Assembly: GCA_965213995.1 (NCBI GenBank)
Contig: OZ243929.1
Span: forward strand, 92,134 to 156,133
DNA from: Gammaproteobacteria bacterium
GTDB taxonomy: Bacteria > Pseudomonadota > Gammaproteobacteria > Steroidobacterales > Foliamicaceae
Direction: 5' to 3'
Length of the DNA: 64,000 nucleotides
Shown: positions 8,915-18,558 of the stretch, one piece after another
How the letters are laid out: each line of letters starts with the position of its first letter
Numbering within the stretch: the stretch's first letter is position 1
The notes under the pieces: model-generated
Databases searched by the model: none
What the model saw: only the letters and a program-made list of their open reading frames with translations
Told to the model about the DNA's origin: nothing
Program-made: the position numbers and the translations under genes

Positions 8915-10275
8915 TGCGCTTTCCCTTCAGATTGGTTCAACACGCCCAAAGATAAAAGCGTCACATCCTTGCGGTACCGTTCTTTTTCGAAAGGCATGAC
9001 TGCCCAAACATCAAAAATCACCTTCGGCGTCGCCATGGTTGCGATAGCCGTATCAATATCAATCCATTGATAGCGCGTGTTATTTGTTGCGATGATAACT
9101 ATCGATGCATCCTTGAACCCTTCTTCGACAGAAACCGGCTCTATGCCGATATCATCCCTTATGATGTTATCTGGAACCGCAAAATCCTGTCCGCACAGAC
9201 GCGCATCAGGATAACGTTTACGTAATATATTGACCAAATCTATGGTTGGCGATGCCCGCACATCCGATATTTCGGGCCTACCCTTAAAAGCCATGCCCAT
9301 AACAGTAATTTTTTTTCCTGTTCCTGTGCCAAAATCACAAAAACGTTCGAGCTGGTCAAAAACATAACGCGGCATCGATTCATTGACGGCACGTCCATGG
9401 GCTATCAACTGCGGAAAATAGTCATAATGCCGCATCGATTCGACTAGAATGTGCGGATCTTTATGCAAACAGGGGCCTCCAACAAAACCAGGCAACGGTA
9501 TCTGTGTGCGTTGATAGCCCTTGTTGGCTGCATAAATGACTTCCCTGCCATCAAGCCCCGCCGCTGCGCACAATAACGCCACCTCATTGCCTATGGCAAA
9601 ATGCAAATCACGAAAGCTGTTGTCTAGCAACTTGATAATTTCTGCTGCCTCTAGGCTCGATACCCTTAACGTCGTCGGTGTTATGCGCTGAAAAAATATC
9701 GAGGCCCGCCATGCCGACAAGGCATTCAAACCGCCGACAATCTGAGGCAGGGAAAACAACTCTTCCATCGCATTGCCCTCAACAGTCCTTTCAGGACAAT
9801 AAGCAAGCATGAAGTCTTTTTTCGCCTGTTGCAAAACAGATAAGACGACCCGCCTTGTCGTTCCCAGCTGCACCGTTGAGCGTAAAATGACAAGCTCCTT
9901 CCCATCCAAATTGCCAGCAATATCTTCTGCTACCCGTTCAATCATATCCATACGTGGCTTGCCCTGCGCATTTAACGGAGTTCCCACCGTAATGATATAG
10001 ACCGATAACGCCGCATCAATGTCATCGATATGTTCAACAAAACGCAATGAGCCGCATGCACACACGCGCCGCATGCGAATGGCAAGACCTTTTTCATAAA
10101 AATGCGACTCGCCCTGCCGCAGCGATTCGATAATTGCCTTATCACGTTCGACCCCCCAAACGCGTAAACCGCATTCGGCTAACGCCACCGAGAGCGTTAA
10201 ACCGACATAGCCCATCCCGATGACACCAACGACAGAATCATTCTGTGATGAAAACATATCAATTTCTTCAAACAT
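8911..10275 (-). CDS. Nucleotide-sugar dehydrogenase (UDP-ManNAc/GlcNAc dehydrogenase-like)
   Basis: VGVIGMGYVGLTLSVALA NAD-binding motif, AYCPERTVEG and catalytic GGPCLHKDP. The start is uncertain (ATG 10275 or 10257; the track ORF begins at 10335). Lower GC. Confidence 0.8.
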   Translation of the reverse strand: MFEEIDMFSSQNDSVVGVIGMGYVGLTLSVALAECGLRVWGVERDKAIIESLRQGESHFYEKGLAIRMRRVCACGSLRFVEHIDDIDAALSVYIITVGTPLNAQGKPRMDMIERVAEDIAGNLDGKELVILRSTVQLGTTRRVVLSVLQQAKKDFMLAYCPERTVEGNAMEELFSLPQIVGGLNALSAWRASIFFQRITPTTLRVSSLEAAEIIKLLDNSFRDLHFAIGNEVALLCAAAGLDGREVIYAANKGYQRTQIPLPGFVGGPCLHKDPHILVESMRHYDYFPQLIAHGRAVNESMPRYVFDQLERFCDFGTGTGKKITVMGMAFKGRPEISDVRASPTIDLVNILRKRYPDARLCGQDFAVPDNIIRDDIGIEPVSVEEGFKDASIVIIATNNTRYQWIDIDTAIATMATPKVIFDVWAVMPFEKERYRKDVTLLSLGVLNQSEGKAH

Positions 10276-10339
10276 TTGTGCCCGATACCCGGTAGCAGTT
10301 TTCAGCGACCTTGCCCTTGATATTGACTCTATCAAAGAA

Positions 10340-10618
10340 CACCACCTCTACAAGCAGGACGGCTGCCCCGCTGGCGGCAACCAGTAGGGCGACATTGGAC
10401 TGTGCTGGAGAGAGCAGGCGCAGTGACAATGCAAGGAGGATGGCCAACACAGCGCAGATGAGGGCAGCAACATCTTTGAAGGACAAGCCAGTGGACATAA
10501 GAGCCGCTAGTTGATTTGGACCGCCGCGGAACGACCAAAGCGTGATGAAGGCGAAGCAGGACGCGGCGAGCGCCAAGATCGCCTTGGGCAGCCAGCGCAG
10601 CTTAAGCGGCCTCAACAT
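10340..10618 (-). pseudogene. 5' fragment of a third SGNH-like membrane protein paralogue
   Basis: MLRPLKLRWLPKAILALAAS...ALLVAASGAAVLLVEVV aligns to the first ~93 aa of 20664..22136. Homology stops where the low-GC cassette begins. Confidence 0.7.
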
Positions 10619-10745
10619 CTCACCGGATCCCAGTGCTCACTTTGTGGCCGCATTCTCATGCTCGCTCAGTCTCCCATCGAAGGGATGGCAAGCGAATACA
10701 CATCAGCGCGGTCTTTGGTGACGATTCCCTTGCCCACGAGCTCTC
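10619..10745 (-). pseudogene. 3' fragment of an ATPase paralogous to 30098..31288
   Basis: ~125 nt near-identical to 30098-30225 (..AIPSMG(D)WASMRMRPQSERWDPV..), abutting the SGNH fragment exactly as at 30046-30098. Confidence 0.65.
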
Positions 10746-10833
10746 ATAGAAGTGGTCGGGTGCGTTTGGACAGTTTGAGGGCAAGGCTAAGGATTGCTTT
10801 CGTGTTGGTTCATCGCCCTCGTTGGATGCTGCA

Positions 10834-11271
10834 TTATGCTTCGTTTCCGTTGGCCGGGTCAACCTGATTGCGGGCTGTCGCCATACCTCCCCCCCGCGCC
10901 GCGAAGTAGACCTCCGCGGGTGTCCGTCCGGACAGCGCCAAGTGCGGGCGCGCTTGGTTGTAGTGGTCCAGCCACGAGGCGATCACGCGGCGCGCATGGT
11001 GGCCCCCGACCAACTCCTCCAGGTACACCGCCTCGTACTTCAGCGACCGCCACAGCCGCTCCACCAGCCGAGCCGTCTCGCGGTCCGCTGAGTTGCCGCC
11101 GCCCCGGCCGAACACCTCCAGAAGCCTGTCGTGGGCCTCCGTCTTCCACTTGCCCACCTGGTTCGGGTTGACGCCGTGCCGGGCCGCGATCGAGCGCGCC
11201 GTCTCGTCGCCGCGCATGGCCTCCAGAACAACTTTCCGCTTGAAGTCCGGTGTGTACTTCCGCCTCTTCAT
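10834..11271 (-). mobile_element. IS3-family remnant (orfA N-terminus fused to orfB C-terminus by internal deletion)
   Basis: MKRRKYTPDFKRKVVLEAMRGDETARSIAARHGVNPNQVGKWK (IS3/IS911 OrfA HTH) joins directly to ERLWRSLKYEAVYL...HYNQARPHLALSGRTPAEVY (end of the integrase core). Confidence 0.7.
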
Positions 11272-11670
11272 GCCAGTCTCCTCGGTCTGAAAACTACCTT
11301 AGCAGACTGTCCAAATTTGCCTCACCTCCTCTCCTTTTGTTTGACGGATTCCATAAGTATAGTGACTTGACGATTTCGCCACACCCATGCAGCTTGACGG
11401 GAGCCCTCCCTCGATTCGATGTCCATTGCTCCATCCACCCCGCTGAGAATGCGCGTGGGTCGGGTAAACCCCGCGTCCTATCCGGCCAATAGCAGACAGC
11501 CGAAGTATCGGCGGTCAAAAGCTTAGCTTCACCAGCTTGAACCTACTTGCTAGGCCCGCATATCTCGCCAACGACGAGATCGGTTCGCCTATTCCTCGCC
11601 TCCTTTTCGAACCGCACTCGAAAGAGTGCGCCCATCTGACGGATAATGCGCACAAGGAATCATCGCAACC

Positions 11671-12529
11671 ATGTTGAAATCACTGCTGCGCCTGCGGCCC
11701 TTCATCGCGCCTTATCGCTGGCGGCTCTGCTTCGGCGTGGGCGCCTTCGGGCTGGCGAGGCTGTTCGAGGGATTGGCGCCCTTCTTCTTGGCCATGGGCA
11801 TCGACCGGATCGCCGCCGGGGACGGGGACGTGGCCCTGCCCGTGCTGGGCATCGGGGCGGCGGTGGCGGCCCGCTACCTGACGGTCACGACCGCCCGCTA
11901 TGCGGTGCGCACCGTCGGCCAACGGGTGGCCTTCGACCTTCGCCAGCGGCTGTACGACGACTTGCAGCGCCAAGGAGCGCGCTTTTTCAGTCGGCACAGC
12001 ATCGGCGACATGATGACCCGGGCGGTGGCCGACATCAGCCTCATTCAGCGGTTGATCGCCATGGGCACCATTCTGGTCATCATCCTGGCCTACGCCACGC
12101 TGGTCGGCTTCAGCTTCATGCTTTACTTCTCGCCGGCGCTCACCCTGCTGCTGCTGCCGCCCATGCCGTTCATCTACCACCATGCCAAGCGCCTGTCCCG
12201 GAAGATGGGTTCGGCGTCGATGGACGTGCAGAACCGCCTGTCGGAGCTGGCGGCGCAGACCCAATGGCCGCCTGGATGCCAACCCTGGCGGCGGCCTGCT
12301 CAGTCACCATTCTGGGTTACGGCGGACATCTGGTGCTGAGCGGCGAGCTGACGCCGGGCGCACCGCCATCCTCATCGCCCACCGGCTGCAGACCATCCAG
12401 GAAGCAGATCGGGTGCTGGTCCTCGACCAAGGGCGCATCGCCGAACTCGGCACCCACGAGGAGCTGCTGGCCCGCGGTGGCCTCTACCAGCGCCTGCACG
12501 CACTGCAGTTCCAAGAGGTCAACGGTTGA
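11671..12529 (+). pseudogene. ABC transporter permease/ATPase fusion, internally deleted and frameshifted
   Basis: The TMD N-terminus (MLKSLLRLRPFIAPYRWRL..., 11671..12339) continues in another frame into only the extreme NBD C-terminus ([36 protein letters not shown]). The Walker A/signature region is absent. Confidence 0.7.
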
Positions 12530-12616
12530 AGAGATCGGTTGGAGGGTATTGATTGCATATCATGTATCGCATATATTTCCTGCAACTACATATACGCAAG
12601 GCATTTAGGTAGTTCG

Positions 12617-13723
12617 ATGGCAGAGCAGATGATAGGGGCGCGGATGAAAGCGCTTCGGCAGGAACGTGGGCTATCGCAGGATGGCATGGCACGTGTATTC
12701 GGTTTCAAAGACCGACAGACGGTATCAGCCATCGAAACAGGCGTTCGACGCGTTTCAGCCACCGAACTACTGCAGGCGGCAGAAAAACTCCAAGTGTCGC
12801 TGGACTACTTCACGGATCCCTTCCGAGTAGATGGGGAGATTCGCTTTTCCTGGCGACAGAGTGGCGTGGGACGGTCGGAACTCGCCACTTACGAGAGGAT
12901 GGCTGGTAGTTGGGTGGGGGCGTATCGAACACTAAGTGCGCAGATCGGCAAGCGTTCGCCGCTGATGCGCAGGGCACTCGGACTGACTAGGGCAGCGAAA
13001 CTCAACGACGCGGTAGATGCCGGCGAGCGGTTCACCTCTGAATTCGAACTCGGCAAGGTTCCGGCACATCGACTGGCGGAGGTGATGCAGGAGCAACTCG
13101 GGATACTCGTACTCATGGTCGATGCCTACCAAGGTATTTCCGGTGCGGCGTGCCGCCTGCCGGAACTCGATGCAGTGTTAATCGCACGGCGCGAAGTAGC
13201 GGGTCGGCGCAACTTTGACCTTGCGCACGAGTTGTTCCACATCCTGACATGGGAGGCAATGCCGCCAGCGCACGTAGAGGAACCTGTCGACTCGGGGGGT
13301 AACCGCATCGAGCAACTTGCCAACAGCTTCGCCTCGGCATTGCTAATGCCAAAGGAGGTTGTCGAGTCTCTCGCCGCCTGGAGGCGGCTGGAGGGGGATG
13401 ACCTAATTGTAAACCTGAATGCCACAGCGGATGAATTGAGCGTAACATCATCGGCTTTGAGGTGGCGGCTGGTCACCTTGGGGCACTTGACTAATGCAAC
13501 AGCACGGGCGCTACCAGAAGCCCTGTTGCGGAACAACGGACGGAAGCAATCGGAAGAAGCACTAACGCCATTGTTCTCCCGCTCATTCTCCGAGGTTATG
13601 GCGACGGCGATCAAGCGGGGACACCTTTCGGTGCGGCGGGCAGCGAGACTGGTAGGGATGACGATCGAGGGACTGGATGAGCTGTTCACCGCCCACGGTC
13701 TCAAGTATACGCTTGAACTGTGA
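12617..13723 (+). CDS. XRE-family HTH fused to ImmA/IrrE (M78, DUF955) metallopeptidase
   Basis: MAEQMIGARMKALRQERGLSQDGMARVFGFKDRQTVSAIETG is a Cro/C1 HTH. HELFH (in LAHELFHILTW) is an HExxH zinc site. The start is an internal ATG of track ORF 12539..13723. Confidence 0.75.
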   Translation: MAEQMIGARMKALRQERGLSQDGMARVFGFKDRQTVSAIETGVRRVSATELLQAAEKLQVSLDYFTDPFRVDGEIRFSWRQSGVGRSELATYERMAGSWVGAYRTLSAQIGKRSPLMRRALGLTRAAKLNDAVDAGERFTSEFELGKVPAHRLAEVMQEQLGILVLMVDAYQGISGAACRLPELDAVLIARREVAGRRNFDLAHELFHILTWEAMPPAHVEEPVDSGGNRIEQLANSFASALLMPKEVVESLAAWRRLEGDDLIVNLNATADELSVTSSALRWRLVTLGHLTNATARALPEALLRNNGRKQSEEALTPLFSRSFSEVMATAIKRGHLSVRRAARLVGMTIEGLDELFTAHGLKYTLEL

Positions 13724-14265
13724 GTGGAGCGCTGGGCCCCGGAGCATCGGTGCTCGTGGACGCCAACGTGATCATCGAGTCGTATCGGATCAGGGCGTGG
13801 GGGGCACTGACAGGTGGATACCGCATCGAGACCGTTGAAGATTGCGTGACCGAAACGCAGACGGGCTTTCAGTTACGCCGGATGAAGCAATTGATCGCCC
13901 TCCCTCAGCTGCGGGCGTCGCTGGCGATGGAGTACTCGGTTAGCGATCATGAGCGGGCGGAACTGTTGGTTCAGATCGAGGGCATCGCACTGGACAAGGG
14001 CGAGGAATCGCTCTGGGCTCACGCGCTGGGTAGGGACGACAGTTGGTTCCTGTGTGGTCCGGACCGGGCAAGTCTGCGGTGCGGGGTCAGGCTTGGCTTG
14101 CAAGACAGGATCGTGTCTCTGGAGGCGTTGCTCCAAGGGGTCGGTCACCGGGCGAGGACTGCTCCGAAGCGCCATTATACGAGGCAATGGCAGGAGCTGG
14201 TACTGGTGGAGTTCGGCTTCGCTGAAAGAGAACGGAATTCTCGAGAGCAAAAGAGTCGATCGTGA
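13720..14265 (+). CDS. Hypothetical protein, PIN-like nuclease fold suspected
   Basis: 181-aa ORF whose GTG start overlaps the upstream stop (GTGA). VLVDANVIIE..., ...IALDKGEESLWAHAL... and ...FLCGPDRASL resemble the acidic PIN-domain motifs. By eye only. Confidence 0.45.
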   Translation: MSGALGPGASVLVDANVIIESYRIRAWGALTGGYRIETVEDCVTETQTGFQLRRMKQLIALPQLRASLAMEYSVSDHERAELLVQIEGIALDKGEESLWAHALGRDDSWFLCGPDRASLRCGVRLGLQDRIVSLEALLQGVGHRARTAPKRHYTRQWQELVLVEFGFAERERNSREQKSRS

Positions 14266-16682
14266 GAACCGATGAGGAACAGGTGGGTTGGCAGTTGACC
14301 TCGCTAGCGGTGAATACTGGATCGAAAACTAAAAGCAATGAGGACAATCGATTCGTGGATGATCTGTTGGCAGCCCTGCGCGGGTTCGACGCCTTGCGGG
14401 ACGGGGAAGCCGGAGGAGATGTGGTCAACCGACGCCTTATTGAGTCGATAGGACCGGAGTACGCGCCTAGGAGTCCCGCAGAAGAGCTGAGTGAAACACT
14501 GAGCAACGCACTCGCCAAACGGGGGATCGAACGGCTCTACCGGCATCAGGCGGAGGCGATATCACAGGCGATCGCAGGGAGAAACGTCGTCCTCCAGGCT
14601 CCTACAGCCAGCGGCAAGACACTCGCGTTCCAGATTCCGATGCTAGAGTCGCTGCTTGAGCCAGGCAAGCACGCACTGATGCTGTATCCCACCAAGGCAC
14701 TCGCACTGGACCAGCGGGATCAGTTGATGAAGCTAACGGGTGTCATGCCGGGACGACAGATCGACTCGTGGTGGTACGACGGGGATACGGACCACGAGCA
14801 CCGCACCGTGTTGCGGAAAAGGCCACCACCGATCCTAATCACGAATCCAGATATGCTGCATAACAGTTTTCTCGGTCACTCGGATCAATGGAAGACCTTC
14901 TATCGCGGACTTAAGTGGGTGATTGTCGACGAGATGCACGAGTATCGTGGTTACTTCGGTTCGAACGTGGCGATGATCCTGCGGCGCCTGTCGTACCACC
15001 TTGCCTGGCTTGGCATACGTCCGCAGTTTTTCCTGAGTTCGGCGACCTGCGCGAACGCAAAGGAACACGCGGAGAATCTGACGGGGCTTGAGTTCGTAGA
15101 GGTTAATGCCAGCGGCGGGATGCGCCCGCAACGGGAGTTCGTGTTCGTGCGACCCGACATACCGGACTACAAGTACTGGGATATTCTGAAGTTGCGGACC
15201 GTGCTGGCCGGGCTGGCCTGCGTTGCCCAGGGCAAGTCAGTGCTAGCGTTCTGTCCGACGCGCAAGTTCGCAGAAGAGTGCCATCCGATTGCGATGCGCG
15301 AACTCGACAAACGCGAGGAGGCAGGCGAGCCGCTGCCCGAACGATCCGCAGTCAGAGTCTTTCGGTCGGGCTTGGCCACGAGCGAGCGACACGAGGTGCA
15401 GAAGGGCCTGAGGAGCGGCGCAGTGCGGCTGGTATTCACGACGAACGCCTTGGAAATGGGCATCGACATCGGCGGCTTGGACGGCATCATATTGGCTGGC
15501 TTCCCAGACAGCATGATGTCGGCATGGCAGCGCATTGGGCGGGCTGGGCGTAGTTGGGATTCCGAGGCTTTCGTTCTGTATTTCGCACGCAACAACCCAC
15601 TAGATCGATTCTATGCCGCGAACTTGGACACCTGCTTGGACAAGCCCTTGGACGATCTGGTCGTGAACCCTGAGAACGAAGACCTCGTGGACAAGCATCT
15701 GCCCTCACTATTGTTCGAGACGCCGACCTTGACAGATGATGCCACAGTGCTCGGATCGGCGATGCATAAGGTGGCGCAAGAGAAGGTGCAACGGGGTGCG
15801 ACACCGGTCAAGACGGGAAAATGGCGCCCACACACCAGTGTGAATATCCGTGGCGGTGGCACTGGGATGTTCGTGCTGAAAGAAGGTGGCAAGGAAATCG
15901 GCACACTATCTGGACAACAACAGTTTCGGGAAGCATACCCGACGGCCATCTATATGCATGGGGGCCGTAGGTTCCGGGTTCGAGAGGTAGTTCAGACGGG
16001 CAGCAGTGGCGGGGAGATTGTGCTTGAGCCCGTAGACCCATGGCTACGGACCCATGCGTCAATTTTCACCTTCGTAAAAGAGCAGGATATCTTTGCTGGA
16101 CGGCGCTGGATCAAGAACGGGTCAGAGGTGAGCGCCTTCCATGGCAAGGTGCTGATTACAGAGTCACTGAACTCGGTACAGGAGTTGGACGAACGGACGG
16201 GAGAAGTGCTGGCAGAGCGGCCGCCAGCGAACAACTCCGCCCAGTTCAAAAACGCACACGCGTTCTGGGTGCAGGAACAGAGGCCATCGGCGGTGTCGTC
16301 ACCAGCCGTCAATGCGTTCCAACAGCTATTGCGCGTGGGTGCGTTGTTTTCGGTTCCCTTGGACGCGCATGACATTTTCCCCCATGCGGTAGCGAATGAA
16401 CAGAAGGCCTACATTATCGAGAGCTACCCGGGCGGAATCGGAATCGTAAAGAAGATCCTCGAAAGATGGGGATCTGTCCTGCGCGTGGGCGTGGACATCG
16501 CCAACGCCTGCGAGTGCGCGGACGGTTGCCCAAACTGCATCGTACCACCCCGGTCGGCCGACGACATGGACAAGGCGGGTGCCGTGGAATTCGCCGAAAC
16601 GCTACTGGCAGCGACTCGCGATACGCCAACCGGGGTATTTCGAAATGGGTTGTGGGAGCCTGTACCGTTAGGTCGTAGTTGA
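14262..16682 (+). CDS. DEAD/DEAH-box helicase with C-terminal DUF1998 (MZB-type, MrfA/YprA-like)
   Basis: 806 aa. Motif I LQAPTASGKTLAF, II VIVDEMHEY, III SATCAN, VI WQRIGRAGR, and a C-terminal Cys4 CECADGCPNC. The GTG start overlaps the upstream stop (GTGA). Confidence 0.85.
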   Translation: MRTDEEQVGWQLTSLAVNTGSKTKSNEDNRFVDDLLAALRGFDALRDGEAGGDVVNRRLIESIGPEYAPRSPAEELSETLSNALAKRGIERLYRHQAEAISQAIAGRNVVLQAPTASGKTLAFQIPMLESLLEPGKHALMLYPTKALALDQRDQLMKLTGVMPGRQIDSWWYDGDTDHEHRTVLRKRPPPILITNPDMLHNSFLGHSDQWKTFYRGLKWVIVDEMHEYRGYFGSNVAMILRRLSYHLAWLGIRPQFFLSSATCANAKEHAENLTGLEFVEVNASGGMRPQREFVFVRPDIPDYKYWDILKLRTVLAGLACVAQGKSVLAFCPTRKFAEECHPIAMRELDKREEAGEPLPERSAVRVFRSGLATSERHEVQKGLRSGAVRLVFTTNALEMGIDIGGLDGIILAGFPDSMMSAWQRIGRAGRSWDSEAFVLYFARNNPLDRFYAANLDTCLDKPLDDLVVNPENEDLVDKHLPSLLFETPTLTDDATVLGSAMHKVAQEKVQRGATPVKTGKWRPHTSVNIRGGGTGMFVLKEGGKEIGTLSGQQQFREAYPTAIYMHGGRRFRVREVVQTGSSGGEIVLEPVDPWLRTHASIFTFVKEQDIFAGRRWIKNGSEVSAFHGKVLITESLNSVQELDERTGEVLAERPPANNSAQFKNAHAFWVQEQRPSAVSSPAVNAFQQLLRVGALFSVPLDAHDIFPHAVANEQKAYIIESYPGGIGIVKKILERWGSVLRVGVDIANACECADGCPNCIVPPRSADDMDKAGAVEFAETLLAATRDTPTGVFRNGLWEPVPLGRS

Positions 16683-16756
16683 TCGGCGTGCTTGTTTTCC
16701 AACACCTTGTTTTCCAAGCAGTCGCCTGACCCGCGCAACCGGAGTGCAATCCCACC

Positions 16757-17100
16757 ATGACTGAGGCAAAGCCAGCGAGCAGCGGCGAAAAGTACCGAAC
16801 GGCGCTGGGCTTCAGCGCCATCAAGGACGGCGTGAAGTCGGCCTCGGGCAAACCGCGCCCGACCGGCGCCAAGCCCCCTTGGCTGCGGGTGCGGCTGGGT
16901 GGCGGGCCCCGATTTGAAGCCGTGTGCAGCACCGTTCGCAGCCACCGCCTGGCGACGGTCTGCGAGGAGTCCCGCTGCCCGAACATCGGCGAGTGCTGGG
17001 ACAACGGCACCGCCACCCTCATGCTGATGGGCAGCGTCTGCCCCCGCGCCTGCCGCTTCTGCTCCGTGGACACCGGCAACCCCAACGGTTGGGGCTGGAT
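16757..17100 (+). pseudogene. lipA: Lipoyl synthase, 5' fragment only
   Basis: ...[48 protein letters not shown] holds both LipA Cys clusters. Similarity then ends ~17100, just before the fcl start. Confidence 0.75.
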
Positions 17101-17139
17101 GCCGGCGAGCCGGCGGCGGCGGCTCCGTGTCGGCGCGGC

Positions 17140-18099
17140 ATGGCTGACCTCGACTACCCGCTCGACGGCAAGCGCGTTTTCGTCGCCGGACACGAAGGCA
17201 TGGTCGGCTCGGCCATCGTCCGCGCCCTTCGCGGCCACCGTCGCTGCGAGGTCTTGACGGCGCCGCGCCGGTCGCTCGACCTGCGCCGGCCCGGGCGGGT
17301 CGAATCCTGGATGCGCCGCAACCGTCCGCAGGCCGTGTTTTTGGCGGCCGCCCGCGTCGGCGGCATCTCGGCCAACCAAAGCCGTCCGGCGGAGTTCCTC
17401 CACGATAACCTTGCGATTGCGGCGGCGGTCGTCGAGGCTTGCCGCCAGGCGGCGGTCGGGAAGCTGCTGTTTCTGGGATCAAGCTGCATCTATCCGAGGC
17501 TCGCGCCGCAACCCATCAACGAGACGGCGTTGCTGACCGGTCCACTGGAGGCCACCAACGAGTGGTACGCGGTGGCGAAGATCGCCGGCCTCAAGCTCTG
17601 TGACGCCTACCGCCGACAGTACGGGTGCAACTTCGTGTCGCTTATGCCGACCAACCTCTACGGGCCGGGAGACAATTTCGACTTGGAGTCGGGCCATGTG
17701 ATCCCCGCGCTGATGCGCCGCATGCACGATGCGAAGACGGCCAGACGCGATTCGGTGGCGGTTTGGGGCTCCGGCGCGCCCCGGCGCGAGTTTCTGCATG
17801 TGGACGACCTGGCCGATGCCTGCCTGTTCCTGATGGAGCGGCACGCGGTTGAAGGCCCGGTCAATGTGGGCAGCGGCGAAGAGTTGTCCATTGCGGATTT
17901 GGCGGCGCTGGTGAAGGATGTTGTGGGCTTCCGCGGCAATGTCGCCTTCGATGCGTCGAAGCCCGACGGAACGCCGCGCAAGCGGTTGGACCTCGAACGG
18001 CTGGAAAGGCTGGGCTGGCGGGCGCGCCGGACGCTTCCCCTAGGGCTGGAAGAAACCTATCGATGGTTTTTGGCCAGCTGCGTTGAAACGGGGCGGTAG
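17140..18099 (+). CDS. fcl: GDP-L-fucose synthase (GDP-4-keto-6-deoxymannose 3,5-epimerase/4-reductase)
   Basis: [30 protein letters not shown]..., YAVAKIAG (YxxxK), ...[17 protein letters not shown]. The start is an internal ATG of track ORF 16924..18099. Confidence 0.85.
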   Translation: MADLDYPLDGKRVFVAGHEGMVGSAIVRALRGHRRCEVLTAPRRSLDLRRPGRVESWMRRNRPQAVFLAAARVGGISANQSRPAEFLHDNLAIAAAVVEACRQAAVGKLLFLGSSCIYPRLAPQPINETALLTGPLEATNEWYAVAKIAGLKLCDAYRRQYGCNFVSLMPTNLYGPGDNFDLESGHVIPALMRRMHDAKTARRDSVAVWGSGAPRREFLHVDDLADACLFLMERHAVEGPVNVGSGEELSIADLAALVKDVVGFRGNVAFDASKPDGTPRKRLDLERLERLGWRARRTLPLGLEETYRWFLASCVETGR

Positions 18100-18113
18100 C
18101 CGGTGAATGTCCG

Positions 18114-18183
18114 ATGATGACGGTGAGCCTGATCCGATTCCTGAATGCGGCGATCAGCAAGGTTGGCTTGCGTCTCTCGCTGC
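18114..18183 (+). pseudogene. 5' fragment of an FkbM methyltransferase paralogue
   Basis: MMTVSLIRFLNAAISKVGLRLSLL matches the first ~23 codons of 150..980. It is cut off at the IS481-IR-like sequence at 18184. Confidence 0.65.
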
Positions 18184-18201
18184 TTCAGACACATGTGGGA
18201 C
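18184..18201. repeat. Solo IS481-type inverted-repeat remnant
   Basis: TTCAGACACATGTGGGAC equals the inner 18 nt of the IS481 IR (compare 4140-4165 and 45171-45196). It marks the left edge of the low-GC island. Confidence 0.6.
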
Positions 18202-18558
18202 TGGGATCGTGATGATGGAGCCGTTGTTTCCGTCTGGTTGCGTCGGCGGCATTCGCATCTTCCTCCCAACACCAGGCATCCGTGCAGTCCCATTCGGCGA
18301 GTAGCGGGGCGCATTCGGCTGTCAGGCATTCAAGCCATTTGCCGTCGGTATGATGAGGCGAGTATTCCTCGATGACGGACATCGCCCCTTGCGCGCTCAG
18401 TTCTCGTTGTCATTTCGTGTCGTTGAGGATGCCGCACTTGGGACGGCGACGCGGGCGGCAGTATCTCATGCTGTGCATGTGAGACAATATCGGCAAGTCG
18501 ATGCCGTTCGTGTTGTCTTCACGAGCGCATAGCGGACCAACGCGCAAGGAAGGAAATT

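Noticed and set aside
16414-17482. Two 330-350-aa minus-strand ORFs antisense to the lipA fragment, fcl and the helicase 3' end
   Set aside because: They have shadow-ORF composition (R/P/A/G-rich) and no motifs. They overlap well-supported plus-strand genes.
18185-18382. A 65-aa acidic Trp/Cys-rich minus-strand ORF divergent from the low-GC operon
   Set aside because: I recognise no motif and no convincing RBS, and its 3' end runs through the IS481-IR remnant. It is mentioned under the island finding only.
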